Of a DNA stretch of 64,000 nucleotides, positions 18,579 through 28,454 are shown piece after piece. The translations under genes were made by a program, and so were the position numbers. Position 1 is the stretch's first letter; every line of letters starts with the position of its first letter. This stretch comes from an uncultured virus (IMG/VR IMGVR_UViG_3300036835_000208) (taxonomy: Duplodnaviria; Heunggongvirae; Uroviricota; Caudoviricetes). The stretch lies in the IMG/VR virus record IMGVR_UViG_3300036835_000208; one strand, 5' to 3'. The notes below the pieces were generated by a model that saw only the letters and a program-made list of their open reading frames with translations, ran no database searches and was not told the origin of the DNA.

Positions 18579-20851
18579 CAGTAGCCAATGTGAATGTGAT
18601 CCCAGTGGTCAGTAGTGATATGACAGGTATTTCCGCTGCCGTGTTCGGTATCCCACTGCTGGCAGGCTACGTCACTATCATCGTGGCCATTTCCATTACA
18701 AATGATCTGAGTCGGCAGCAAGCCTTGATCACCCAGACCTTTGAGGAATTGCATGATCGAAATAGTTACATCTTTTGATCCAGACCATTTGACAGGCTGA
18801 GCGCCAGTTTTCACCGTACCAACAAGGTCTACATCCACAGCCAGCCCCAGAGGATGCCTGCCCGAATTGCAGTGATGATCTTCGACAATGGCAAAAGTAC
18901 CGAGGCTGTAACCGGAATCCATCAGCGTGGAAAGGACAGCCGGTACTCGCCAGTCCAAATACACATCATTGCCGCACTGATTATGAAGAGTCTGCCCTTG
19001 GACAACTCTCGACAACTGATCATGCTCGTTGTTGCCAAGGCGGATCCTGCCAGCGGCCTCATAGTCGAGAACTCGCTGAGCCCAGTAAGGTGCCGACTTC
19101 TTGTTTTTATCAGCAGTGGGCGGCTTACCTGCGCCACCAGGAGGAACGGTGCCGGGTGGCCAGCCTCCCGGTGGAGGTTGCGGCTCTGAGCCGGGGATAG
19201 GAGTGCAGTCCAGGGCATCCCCGGCTAGGCCCAGAATTTTCTCTACACGACCACGGATGTCTGGAGCCCACTCAGGACAGCAATACTTTGGCCCGACATC
19301 CTCAATAGTATTGTTTTTTCCGCTCTTGTGATATGTACCGCTGAACGCCTTAGCATACTCCAGGTAAACATCACACCAGGAGTTAGAGCTAAAATCATAG
19401 GTATGGCCGGGACTACAATTCCAGCCCCAGGTATTGAACCAGCCGCACATCGACGTACCCAGGACACCCTCCAGGCGAGCGATAGCCGCAATCCAGACTG
19501 GATTCATGCCACCCTTGACGCCCTGCTCGACCATGCACTTACCCGTACCATTCATCGGTGAGTTAGGTTTCTCATCGCTAATGTATTTGTTAATGGCTGC
19601 GGCCAGCTTGTCAGCATCGACGATGTTCAAATACTGAGCGTTGCTCATGTCGCAGGTACCGTTGGGGCCTTTTCCTCCACCCTGACCGGGATTCAACGGC
19701 GCAGGAGCAGTACCCTTTCCCTGCTGTTGCACTGCGGTCGTCCACTGAGGATCGTCAGGAGTGCGCTGCGACAAAGCAAATCCTTCTTCGCGCAAGCGCA
19801 CCTCCTGGACAAACCCGGAGGCATCACCACGCACCGTAGTGCCGACAATGAAAAAGGTACCGTTGATGGCATAGGCGGGCAGGCGCACGGTACAGAGCGT
19901 ATTGCGCTCAATCAGAAATCCAGGATCAGGAATCGTCACTACCAGCTCCAGGGCTCCCACCTTGGATTCGTAAATTTCCTCGTCGGCAACCTTGCGCGCG
20001 CCCTTGGCATTGGTGACCGTACTGTTCTCGATGATCTTCACCGGCTTACGTAGCCAGTCCTGGATCTGCGTGTCGTAGGACGTGACTACCTGACGGCTGT
20101 TGTCGTCAGCCTGCTTACCCCAGACAACCTGTGCCTGCCAGATCCGCTGTTGAGCCGACTTGTGAAAGCTAAAATTTGTGATCGGCAGCTCATCATTCTT
20201 GAGAGGGACGGTGCCGAATGCGTACTTGGCCTGGCCTGATGTGAGCAAGGCCGAGGTCAGGGTACCGTCGGGCTCACACCACAGCCACAGTTTTTCCTTG
20301 CGGATCAGTCGGTACCAAAATTCCCAGTAGGTCTCCGAGCCATCGGTGTACTGACGCTTAGGCCCACCGGGAACAGGAGCCAGATTGAATTTCTCAAAAC
20401 CCAGCTCCTGAGCCTCTTGCCTGATGATCTCGGCAGCATTCAGACCCCGGTAGGTCTGGGGGATGTGAACAGAGTCGGTGGCAATCGAGGACAGATCCCT
20501 GCCGGAGAGCTGAATCGTGCCACTCTCGGTATAGGAGACATCATCGGTAATGCCGGTCATCAAATACACAATATCTGCACCGGCACCGAAAATCTGCACC
20601 CTGATCTCGGTATTGCGCGTCAGGGCATCGTTGAGATCCCCGTCGATATTGCCCAGCTCCAGCGACCAGGAATCAGCGTCGGTGTCGATCGCTGTCTCCA
20701 CGTTGTACTGCTCGACGCGGTGAACCGTCTGCGCCTTGTAGCTGCCACTACCTTCCCACTTGGACGTGAGTACGGCCTTGACCTGCGTGGGATCCAGAAC
20801 ACGCGGGCTCGGCGTGCTCAGAGGCTTGCTGGCCTCCTGTGCTACGGGCAC
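18578..20851 (-). CDS. baseplate hub (Mu gpP-like) fused to lysozyme-like and M15-like peptidase domains
   Basis: DADSWSLE, TGITD, LSGRD, W.EPDGTL (hub); NPVWIAAIARLE..NTWGW; SGRHPLGLAVD..HWDHIHIGY. Confidence 0.78.
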   Translation of the reverse strand: MPVAQEASKPLSTPSPRVLDPTQVKAVLTSKWEGSGSYKAQTVHRVEQYNVETAIDTDADSWSLELGNIDGDLNDALTRNTEIRVQIFGAGADIVYLMTGITDDVSYTESGTIQLSGRDLSSIATDSVHIPQTYRGLNAAEIIRQEAQELGFEKFNLAPVPGGPKRQYTDGSETYWEFWYRLIRKEKLWLWCEPDGTLTSALLTSGQAKYAFGTVPLKNDELPITNFSFHKSAQQRIWQAQVVWGKQADDNSRQVVTSYDTQIQDWLRKPVKIIENSTVTNAKGARKVADEEIYESKVGALELVVTIPDPGFLIERNTLCTVRLPAYAINGTFFIVGTTVRGDASGFVQEVRLREEGFALSQRTPDDPQWTTAVQQQGKGTAPAPLNPGQGGGKGPNGTCDMSNAQYLNIVDADKLAAAINKYISDEKPNSPMNGTGKCMVEQGVKGGMNPVWIAAIARLEGVLGTSMCGWFNTWGWNCSPGHTYDFSSNSWCDVYLEYAKAFSGTYHKSGKNNTIEDVGPKYCCPEWAPDIRGRVEKILGLAGDALDCTPIPGSEPQPPPGGWPPGTVPPGGAGKPPTADKNKKSAPYWAQRVLDYEAAGRIRLGNNEHDQLSRVVQGQTLHNQCGNDVYLDWRVPAVLSTLMDSGYSLGTFAIVEDHHCNSGRHPLGLAVDVDLVGTVKTGAQPVKWSGSKDVTISIMQFLKGLGDQGLLPTQIICNGNGHDDSDVACQQWDTEHGSGNTCHITTDHWDHIHIGY

Positions 20852-20960
20852 CTATGGCTCCAGGAGCCCCTGTAAGCCGTTCTAAGCCCCTCCAACGCCT
20901 CCATTGGGGTCGAGGCACACCCATACCGATGGAGAGGCTTAGAACGCCTTACACGGCTTC

Positions 20961-21137
20961 TCATAGCAAGCTCTGCAGGTAGGCCGAGTCGATGTAGGCG
21001 TCGAATTGCGCATAGCGCTTCTTCCGGGGCGCACGCGGATTGATCAGGAGCCAGGTCTTGTACGCCTCGATGGCCTGAGCATGACGCTGCTTGGCCAGCG
21101 CCTTCTTGCGCGGTCTAGTAAGCGACTCGCGTTCCAC
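20961..21137 (-). CDS. small basic hypothetical protein (58 aa)
   Basis: Manual translation MERESLTRPRKKALAKQRHAQAIEAYKTWLLINPRAPRKKRY... Confidence 0.45.
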   Translation of the reverse strand: MERESLTRPRKKALAKQRHAQAIEAYKTWLLINPRAPRKKRYAQFDAYIDSAYLQSLL

Positions 21138-21948
21138 GAGGCCACCTGTGGTAGATCAGCTCATAGGGTTTTACAGTCGAGCCCGGATTGTTCTTGGAAA
21201 TAACCTCCGTGTTGAGTTCCACCAACTTGGAGGCTTGGTCGGCGTCCCCATAGACGTACTGCGCAATCATGCGGAAGGTGTCCACGCCGTCGATGACCTG
21301 GAAGAAGCGAGCAGAGCGCGCCTGTGCCGAGCGAGTAGCGGTCAGCTCTGAGCGGCCCATCTCATAGGGCTCATCTTCCGGCCCGATCGGGACAGAGCGC
21401 CCTGACCGAAATTGCATCGTCGCCAGGGACTGAGATCCCCGCGCCGTGCTATGAGGAGTGGCAACAGTGGAAGGACGACCGCTGAGCGTGTCGATCCCTG
21501 CCGTATCGAGCACACCGGCAACCTCATCACCGCTGCCCACCTTGAGGAAGGAAATCGAATACTCGATGGAGTGACTGCGATCATCCGGCGAATGCGAGAA
21601 GTCATAATTCTCGGTCTCGACGTACTGCTCGCGGGGAAAGACGCCAGGAGCCCTGAGAATCTTCTTCTTGGTCGAGTGCAGCACGTCGATCAGGCTGGAC
21701 ATCCAGCGCGGCGAGGAGATACCGGGCAGTGTCCCGTTCAACTCGATGTGGCCCTCATCGAAGTGGATGACATTGGCAGCGACTACATTGTCCCCGATGT
21801 ATTTGTGAATTCCGATCTGGGAACTACCGGAACGACGGAATCCTTCCGGGCCGATCGGGAAGGTGAAGGTCATGCCTCCGGAGATGATCGTCGGAGGCTG
21901 AAACGTGAGCTGGCTGTCCGGGATTAGCTTGGCAACGGTATCGCTCAT
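21115..21948 (-). CDS. tail tube initiator (Mu gpN-like N-terminus + LysM/gpX-like C-terminus)
   Basis: Follows tape measure, HKYIG motif, DTFRMIAQYVYGD..LVELN. Confidence 0.7.
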   Translation of the reverse strand: MSDTVAKLIPDSQLTFQPPTIISGGMTFTFPIGPEGFRRSGSSQIGIHKYIGDNVVAANVIHFDEGHIELNGTLPGISSPRWMSSLIDVLHSTKKKILRAPGVFPREQYVETENYDFSHSPDDRSHSIEYSISFLKVGSGDEVAGVLDTAGIDTLSGRPSTVATPHSTARGSQSLATMQFRSGRSVPIGPEDEPYEMGRSELTATRSAQARSARFFQVIDGVDTFRMIAQYVYGDADQASKLVELNTEVISKNNPGSTVKPYELIYHRWPRGTRVAY

Positions 21949-24692
21949 CTGGGATCCTTCGGGCCGACTGTAATTGTGACCTTCTTCCTACCCACGTTCT
22001 TCTTGATCGCTTTCTTCTGCCCGCGCGTCTGTGGATGCGGCCCACCCTGCCAGACCTGAGAGGGATCGAAGTGCAGCTTGGCCTGATCCTTCTTCTTCGT
22101 CTCGTCGGTGAGATCGACGGTAATGGAAATATCTCCATCGAGCTGCACGCGCTTGTCTTTCGTCAGCTCCTTGAGCAGCCGTTGGTTGTGACTTTCCAGA
22201 TTGGCCTCAGCGCGACGAATCGCTGTCGGGCTTCCTCTGAGCGTCCTATGTAGAAATTGCGTTCCTTGAGGTGAGAGGTTGCCGCTGGCTGCCTGCTGCT
22301 CAAGAAAGGAAATGAGTGGATGGTCACTGCCGGGACGAAAGGGCAGGGTTTTGAAATTGACACGTTGCTTACGGTCTGTCGCAGCAACCAGGCCAAGACT
22401 CTGCAAGACCGTACTACCACGCACATCCTTGACCAGATTTTTCAACTCCTCGGGACTCGGCAAGCCTTTGTGAGTAGCCAGCCATTGCTCAAACTTGCCC
22501 ATCTTCATCATGCCCATCGGGCCACTGGTAACACGGAGCACCTGCTGGAGGAAGGCAACTCCCTGCGGGCTGAGATTGCCCTGCATGGCCTGTCGTGCCA
22601 TCGCTGAGATAAGAGGATGCCTACCGCCCGGATCCGTTCCGCTCTTGGGCTGCTGCTCCCGATCCGCTGCCAGGAAGCGAACCTGCCTGGCCTCGTCTAC
22701 CGTCATACCCAAACGCCGCGCGTTCTGTCTATTTTCTCGCTCCCGTCTTTTTCCTTCTTCATCGCTACCGATCAGTTTGTGAACAATCGTGCCCCCAATC
22801 CCTCGCTTGCCTGTTCGAGGATCAACGTCATGCAAAAACGCCCACCAGTCGCCATGACCAGTGACGTTCTTGCCATGAAACATATTTCTCAGCTCGATGG
22901 CCAGCCCTGCAGCAAAGGCCAAAGGCAGAGCACGCCCGAACAATCTCAACAGCCGACTATTGCCACCGGCAGCAACGATGGGAGGAATCCCCGTACCGCC
23001 GGTCAGATCGCCAACAGCACCAGCCACTCCAGTGGGGCGACCCATCAGCGACCCTACAATTACAACATACAGCGGGTCTATCGGAGACGTTCCCGGGCCT
23101 CGGCTACTCAAGAGAGCCTGTGCCGCCAAGAAATTCACCACGGTACGTGGCATTCTTCCACCCGCCAGCAGCGCCCCTAGCCCACCCTCAGCTCCAGCAG
23201 CGGCCTCTGCTGCCCCTCCTGCCCCACCACGCCTAAGGATTTTCATAATCGCGCCGCCGACCTTGCTAAAGATCCCCCTACCGATACCCAGACGTGAAGC
23301 GCCCACGCCAATCCCAATCGCAGCCAGCAGTCCTTCACCGATATGACGAATCGTGTTGTGATCCGCCGTAAAGGTAAATGTGCTAAATACCTTCTTGGCC
23401 GCAGTTTTAAGTCCGGGCACATTCATAATGTCGGTCATTATCGTCTGCCGGATACCGCCGATTGCCTGAGCCATCGACTTCAACGGTTGATCGGCCTGGT
23501 ACTGCTCCCATTCCTTACGCAGATACTCGCCGTCATTTTTGCTAGCATCTGTAATTTGATTAATCAGGTTTGTCAACTGGGTCGGGTCATTAGCACCTTT
23601 CACCCAGGACAGATAGGCAGAGAGGAAGGCACGTTGAGCAAAGGTCTGCGGAACGAGCTGCTGGATCAGCTCACGGCCCTTGCCTGAAATACCCAGACCG
23701 CCCAGTCCTTCGTTCTCAATCCCGGCCATTCCCTCCATGCGCATGATCGCTTCAGCGCGATCACCGCCTTTGACCCCTCCGGCTGCCCGAACAGCCTCAA
23801 ACATTTTCACCAGATTGTCGAAGCCCTTATTTTGTCCGAGCTTGTCCGGTGACAGGCCGATCCCTCGGAAGGCAGCCTGCGTATCCTTGGTCATGTGCTG
23901 CATGCCACCGATCAGGCGGATCAGGTAAGCGTTACTGCGACCAATTTGTCCCGGAGTCAAACCGGAGACCACACCGGCACCAGTCAGGCCGAGTACCTGC
24001 TCCGGTGTCATCCTGGCCGAGACACCAGGAAGTGTCTGTGGAGCGAGCTGCTGAATGAGCTGTGGTGCAATTTGTGGCCCGCCCGGGACGGTCTGGATCA
24101 GCTTGACCCACTCGGCCATCAGGCGTTGAGCCACCTTCGGATCTTTTACATTCTGACCGAAGATGCGCGGCAGGGTAGTGGCTACACCGGCTAGTGACTC
24201 AGCAGGAGTCTGGGCTAGCTGAGCGGCTTCCAGGATCGGCCGTGCGATTCCTGTAATCGCTTGAGGGCTTTGCATGCCGCTGATGGAGGAAACGATGTTC
24301 GTAACCGCCGCGACCACATCCTGCGAGGATGAAAGTGTTTCCACCCCCAGCCTGACCATGCTCGACGCCAGCTCATCGACACGACTGCGCAGTGTGCCCA
24401 GACCAGTCTGGCCCTGATCGGCAGTAATGGTAATCAGGGCAAGCTGCGACTGGAATTGCGATGCTCCCCGGACGAGGTTGAACAATCCATAGACCGCTCC
24501 CCCGGCGAAGGCATAGCGCAGTGTGGTGCCGATCGCTCTGAATTGCTGATTGAGCAACCCGGTCTGCCGGGTAGTGCCCTGGACAGTATTTCCTAGCTGC
24601 TTGAATACACCAGACGCCCGACCAACGCCAGTGCTTAGCCCAGAGGTGTCAGAGACCCAGGCAGTGACCAGTTTGCCGACGACGGTACTCAT
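21945..24692 (-). CDS. tail tape measure protein
   Basis: 915 aa Ala/Gly-rich helical protein after the chaperone genes. Confidence 0.85.
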   Translation of the reverse strand: MSTVVGKLVTAWVSDTSGLSTGVGRASGVFKQLGNTVQGTTRQTGLLNQQFRAIGTTLRYAFAGGAVYGLFNLVRGASQFQSQLALITITADQGQTGLGTLRSRVDELASSMVRLGVETLSSSQDVVAAVTNIVSSISGMQSPQAITGIARPILEAAQLAQTPAESLAGVATTLPRIFGQNVKDPKVAQRLMAEWVKLIQTVPGGPQIAPQLIQQLAPQTLPGVSARMTPEQVLGLTGAGVVSGLTPGQIGRSNAYLIRLIGGMQHMTKDTQAAFRGIGLSPDKLGQNKGFDNLVKMFEAVRAAGGVKGGDRAEAIMRMEGMAGIENEGLGGLGISGKGRELIQQLVPQTFAQRAFLSAYLSWVKGANDPTQLTNLINQITDASKNDGEYLRKEWEQYQADQPLKSMAQAIGGIRQTIMTDIMNVPGLKTAAKKVFSTFTFTADHNTIRHIGEGLLAAIGIGVGASRLGIGRGIFSKVGGAIMKILRRGGAGGAAEAAAGAEGGLGALLAGGRMPRTVVNFLAAQALLSSRGPGTSPIDPLYVVIVGSLMGRPTGVAGAVGDLTGGTGIPPIVAAGGNSRLLRLFGRALPLAFAAGLAIELRNMFHGKNVTGHGDWWAFLHDVDPRTGKRGIGGTIVHKLIGSDEEGKRRERENRQNARRLGMTVDEARQVRFLAADREQQPKSGTDPGGRHPLISAMARQAMQGNLSPQGVAFLQQVLRVTSGPMGMMKMGKFEQWLATHKGLPSPEELKNLVKDVRGSTVLQSLGLVAATDRKQRVNFKTLPFRPGSDHPLISFLEQQAASGNLSPQGTQFLHRTLRGSPTAIRRAEANLESHNQRLLKELTKDKRVQLDGDISITVDLTDETKKKDQAKLHFDPSQVWQGGPHPQTRGQKKAIKKNVGRKKVTITVGPKDPR

Positions 24693-25031
24693 CTAGCGCT
24701 TGAAGCCTCGTGATGTCGTCCGCTGTAGATCAATCTCCCAGTCCTCATCGTCCTCACCCGGTCGGTAGACCAGCTCCTGCAGCTCCTCGGGCAAATCAGC
24801 AATAACCGACACCGGCTCCCCACAGATTTCACACGTATCCTGATTGAATTTGGTCATGCAGTGGGTGTGGATCTTTGCAATTCGTTCGTCATAGTCGATG
24901 AGTTGGTTGAGATAGATCCAAGTAAGTTGTCCGTGAGTGGCTCTGGACTCAATGCTAAAAGGAGCCGTTTCACCGCGTACCATTGCCTTCCAGACAAATC
25001 TTTCCAGTCCATTTCCTGCAAGGCTTTTTTT
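24693..25031 (-). CDS. tail assembly chaperone, -1 frameshifted (GT) extension
   Basis: The -1 frame is open from the slippery site CTA AAA AAA G (25025-25031) to the stop at 24693. Confidence 0.75.
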   Translation of the reverse strand, partial: KKSLAGNGLERFVWKAMVRGETAPFSIESRATHGQLTWIYLNQLIDYDERIAKIHTHCMTKFNQDTCEICGEPVSVIADLPEELQELVYRPGEDDEDWEIDLQRTTSRGFKR

Positions 25032-25441
25032 AGCTTGTCCAGCTCCTCATCACCAAGACCGTCAACGGAGGGCGATGTCCTGTCCACCATCTCGAAGTAG
25101 GCATCAATCAGAAAATTGATGTCCTGCACCTCCAGAGTCTCTCCAACTTCCTTGCCGGTCTTGAATACCTTTTCCAGTGTGTCGGGGCTGCGGATGGAGT
25201 AGGCCAGAACCTCGGCTATCTGCATCCGCTCGCGAAGCTGCACACCAATGTCGCCATCGGGCACAGTCAGTTGTGCCCCCAGCATCATGCAGTTGATGTA
25301 CTCCGATTCCAGCAGTGGCACCAGGGCCACTCTCACTTCCGGGTCTGAGAGCAATTCAAAATAGGCACAGACTTGCTGACCGAGCCGCATTTTGGTCAGT
25401 CTGCGCTCTGTGAGAAACTCACGGCTGATCGCCGTTGCCAC
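24854..25441 (-). CDS. tail assembly chaperone (G)
   Basis: Position between tube and tape measure, contains a slippery heptamer. Confidence 0.75.
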   Translation of the reverse strand: MATAISREFLTERRLTKMRLGQQVCAYFELLSDPEVRVALVPLLESEYINCMMLGAQLTVPDGDIGVQLRERMQIAEVLAYSIRSPDTLEKVFKTGKEVGETLEVQDINFLIDAYFEMVDRTSPSVDGLGDEELDKLKKALQEMDWKDLSGRQWYAVKRLLLALSPEPLTDNLLGSISTNSSTMTNELQRSTPTA

Positions 25442-25727
25442 TTATCCTCCCTTCCAGCTCTGCCCTCAGCGTCATCGTCTCTTGGTGCATGCTCCATTGG
25501 ACGGGCACTCCAAAGAAGCCGGTATTACATTCGAGGCAGTAGAACTGGACTGCAAATTCAAAAAGACGGCCAGTAGCTTCGCTCACGTCCGTCTTGACTC
25601 GGGGATTGACCTTGTTGCAGTGCGGGCAGACAGGAGGGCCGACTTCCATCTGGATGACCGGATCTTCGGCCAGGTGCTCCAGAGCGGAAACGGCCCTCCG
25701 CATCAGCTCCCTCGTTTCTGAGTCCAC
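25419..25727 (-). CDS. Zn-finger protein
   Basis: CPHC...CLEC, GTG start overlapping the tube stop codon. Confidence 0.55.
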   Translation of the reverse strand: MDSETRELMRRAVSALEHLAEDPVIQMEVGPPVCPHCNKVNPRVKTDVSEATGRLFEFAVQFYCLECNTGFFGVPVQWSMHQETMTLRAELEGRISGNGDQP

Positions 25728-26140
25728 TAGGGCCGATCTGGGTTCTTGATCCCTACATAGCCCGGAATGGAAATGTCGGCGTCGATCGTGACCTGATCCA
25801 ACGTCGAGCGCATGGAGATCCGGTTCCAGTTGCAGCCCGTGTAGGTAGCTGTTCTGGATCCGCGTGTGCATTTCACTTCAAAGTCCTTCATGGCCAGCAA
25901 CGTCTTTTCGTCATTCATGCCCGCAGCCTGACCGGCCTTGAGCAGAATGGCCGAGAAGCTGACCGTGCCCTCATCTGCCTTACGCAGACGCCGAAGGACA
26001 GGGCCATCAGTACCGAACGCTCCCTGGTACGTGATTTCCTGCCGCAGCTCCTCAGTCATTTCCTGAGTCGCTGTGAAATGCACACCGCCCTCAAACTCCA
26101 GGTTGAGGTTAACAGCAGTCAGACCTTCGAGCCACGCCAT
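25727..26140 (-). CDS. tail tube protein
   Basis: 137 aa beta-rich, GTVSFS..TYTGC, strong RBS AAGGAGGT, downstream of sheath. Confidence 0.75.
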   Translation of the reverse strand: MAWLEGLTAVNLNLEFEGGVHFTATQEMTEELRQEITYQGAFGTDGPVLRRLRKADEGTVSFSAILLKAGQAAGMNDEKTLLAMKDFEVKCTRGSRTATYTGCNWNRISMRSTLDQVTIDADISIPGYVGIKNPDRP

Positions 26141-26156
26141 TTATTTCACCTCCTTA

Positions 26157-26624
26157 TCAGGTAACAGTGAAGTCACCCGGCACTGTTGCCGCCGAGCCAC
26201 GAACACGGATCCGCACCGGGCCGGTGAAATCAGCCGGGTACGTCACCGAAGATGAGCCAGTGTTGGGGACAGAGCGAACGTTGCGCCAGGTACCCTCGCC
26301 GTCGAAGTTAGCCTCGTCATCAGGCACCCAGGCGTCAACACCCACTTCCTCGCCCTCGGTACCAACTGTATTTTGGTTCCAGTTGAACCCGAGTGTGACT
26401 CTCTGGAAGAAATCCAATTCCTCTTCCTCGGACACAGGAGGCTCGGTATCCGGTGGCACCTCGGGCTGATCCGGTGGCTCTGTCTCCGGTACATCCGGCG
26501 GCAGAACGATCGGGTGCTCGGGATGAGGCTCCTCGCCAGGCATCTCGATGGGATGCTCTGGATGTGGCTCCTCTCCTGGCATTTCAATCGGGTGCTCGGG
26601 ATGCGGTTCGTCGGTGCTTGACAT
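26157..26624 (-). CDS. acidic protein with EPHPEHPI tandem repeats
   Basis: Three 13-aa repeats followed by a short beta-rich domain, RBS AAGGAA. Confidence 0.65.
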   Translation of the reverse strand: MSSTDEPHPEHPIEMPGEEPHPEHPIEMPGEEPHPEHPIVLPPDVPETEPPDQPEVPPDTEPPVSEEEELDFFQRVTLGFNWNQNTVGTEGEEVGVDAWVPDDEANFDGEGTWRNVRSVPNTGSSSVTYPADFTGPVRIRVRGSAATVPGDFTVT

Positions 26625-26634
26625 ATTTTCCTTT

Positions 26635-27768
26635 CTAGACAGAGATGATGAGCTGTGCGGAGACGAGAATCGTCTGCACGCCCCGGACAACAACGCCAGT
26701 GAAGGAGACGATGATCTGCCGCATGTCCGGCGAAGCAGTTGCGGACACGTTGTAGCCCAGCGTTCCGTCTGGCTGCACGACGGCTTGAACCCAGTCCTGC
26801 CGCAGGAGCAGCAGAGACTCAACGCCGGAAGCGATCAGGTTGCGCGTGGTCTCCGTATTGCCACGACGCAGATAGCCACCTGCGTAGATGTAATTCTTGA
26901 CATCGACAAAGACCTGATCCACGATCAGACGAGTGGACAGTGCATCGTAGGTCGAGTCGGTCACCCAGGCCATACGCAGGTGAGTCGTCATCACACCGCC
27001 CGGGGTGAAGCTCGGCTGCAGCGGGGAGACACCGCCCTGGAGCAGATCCTCGTAGTCGTTGGTGGCCACGCCGGAGACGATCTTCTCCCGGAAGATCGGA
27101 AAACCGGAAGCATCTTTTTCAATTCCGGTCAGGAAGGGGATCGTCCACAGGTCGAGGTCATTGGACGGATCAGAGTTCTTGGAAACCTCCGCAGCAACGC
27201 AAGCCGCTGTAAAAGGCCCAGCTTGAAGGACACCCTGTTCGTCGTAGACACCAGGGCCGACCAACACACCGCGCTTACTGGCAATCGCACCGGCGGCTGT
27301 GATGTAAGTCGCCTTTGGAGTGGCTGTAGCCAGACCGACGATACAAAACTGCTTGTTCTGTACTTGCTCGGCCGCTTCACAGGAATCAGCGAGGGCAGCA
27401 TGATCGGCCTGAGCCGTGGAGTCCGTGAGCCGGATCCTGATGTTCCTGTCTCCGGCCATGTTGTCCCAGACTGTCTGCCGATCGGTGAGCAGTGGCGCAG
27501 TGCCCTTCTTTGACGCCGCCGCAATTACAGGAGACGATCCCCTGTTAATTACAGCCGAGCAAAGCAACGTCAAGGACGATGCTGGCCCGAATGCAGTTAC
27601 AGCATCCCCGATGGTCTTGATCTGATACGGCACACCTACCGCTGCCGAACCAGCCGCGTCTGCCTGACCCTCGATTCCGACTGGAAGGAAAATCGGCTGA
27701 GCCGCGACGGCAGTAAGGGTACTACCGTCAAGAACCTCCGGGTACAACTGAAGTGAGCTTGTTGGCAC
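26635..27768 (-). CDS. contractile tail sheath protein
   Basis: FGPASSL, LLQGGVSPL, RLIVDQV C-terminal sheath motifs. Confidence 0.85.
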   Translation of the reverse strand: MPTSSLQLYPEVLDGSTLTAVAAQPIFLPVGIEGQADAAGSAAVGVPYQIKTIGDAVTAFGPASSLTLLCSAVINRGSSPVIAAASKKGTAPLLTDRQTVWDNMAGDRNIRIRLTDSTAQADHAALADSCEAAEQVQNKQFCIVGLATATPKATYITAAGAIASKRGVLVGPGVYDEQGVLQAGPFTAACVAAEVSKNSDPSNDLDLWTIPFLTGIEKDASGFPIFREKIVSGVATNDYEDLLQGGVSPLQPSFTPGGVMTTHLRMAWVTDSTYDALSTRLIVDQVFVDVKNYIYAGGYLRRGNTETTRNLIASGVESLLLLRQDWVQAVVQPDGTLGYNVSATASPDMRQIIVSFTGVVVRGVQTILVSAQLIISV

Positions 27769-27788
27769 CTTGAAAAACCTCCTCTCGG

Positions 27789-28454
27789 TTAATCGAGTAG
27801 AATCAAGTCAGGCAGCAGTACAAGCTCTGCCTCGATACCGATGTCGTCTGGAATGACAATCTCAAACGGCGTCGGCGTCCTGCTAAAGACACGAACTCTC
27901 AACTCGCAATTCAACATCCGGAAAACACGGATGTCCCCGATCGTTTCCGTGGCAAAATTGCCACCCATGAAGCTCAGTAGCTCAACCTGGCCATCACCCC
28001 CATCGGTTGCTGTGCGCAGAGCGTTTGTAGCCTGAGCGCCCTGGAAGAGATTGAGAAGCACCTGATAGGCCCTGAGACGCGCTGTAGAGCCTCCTGCGCG
28101 GTCGGCAGTCCAGATCCCGACATCGAAGTTGATCTCCTGCCTGCGGCCCTCCTGCTCGAAGAGGACACCGAGCAGAGGATCGCTGATTCGCTTGGCCGTG
28201 TTGTCACCGAAGCCCAGGACAGAGCTTTCGATGGTGTCAATTTCAAAATGGATCACCGTCTTGCCCAACGGCACCATTTTCATAATGTGGTCGGTCTCCG
28301 GAAACTCCATGATGATGTCGTAGACTTCATGGCCCTTGTCGAATCCGGCAATGTGGACAGACTTGTCGAAGCCGTTGAAGGCGTAGTCCTGAATTCCTCT
28401 AGTTGCTGACTCCAGCCAGGTCTCAGGAGCAAATTTGGTAACAGGGCCAGCCAT
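27789..28454 (-). CDS. putative tail terminator
   Basis: Position just upstream of sheath. Confidence 0.55.
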   Translation of the reverse strand: MAGPVTKFAPETWLESATRGIQDYAFNGFDKSVHIAGFDKGHEVYDIIMEFPETDHIMKMVPLGKTVIHFEIDTIESSVLGFGDNTAKRISDPLLGVLFEQEGRRQEINFDVGIWTADRAGGSTARLRAYQVLLNLFQGAQATNALRTATDGGDGQVELLSFMGGNFATETIGDIRVFRMLNCELRVRVFSRTPTPFEIVIPDDIGIEAELVLLPDLILLD

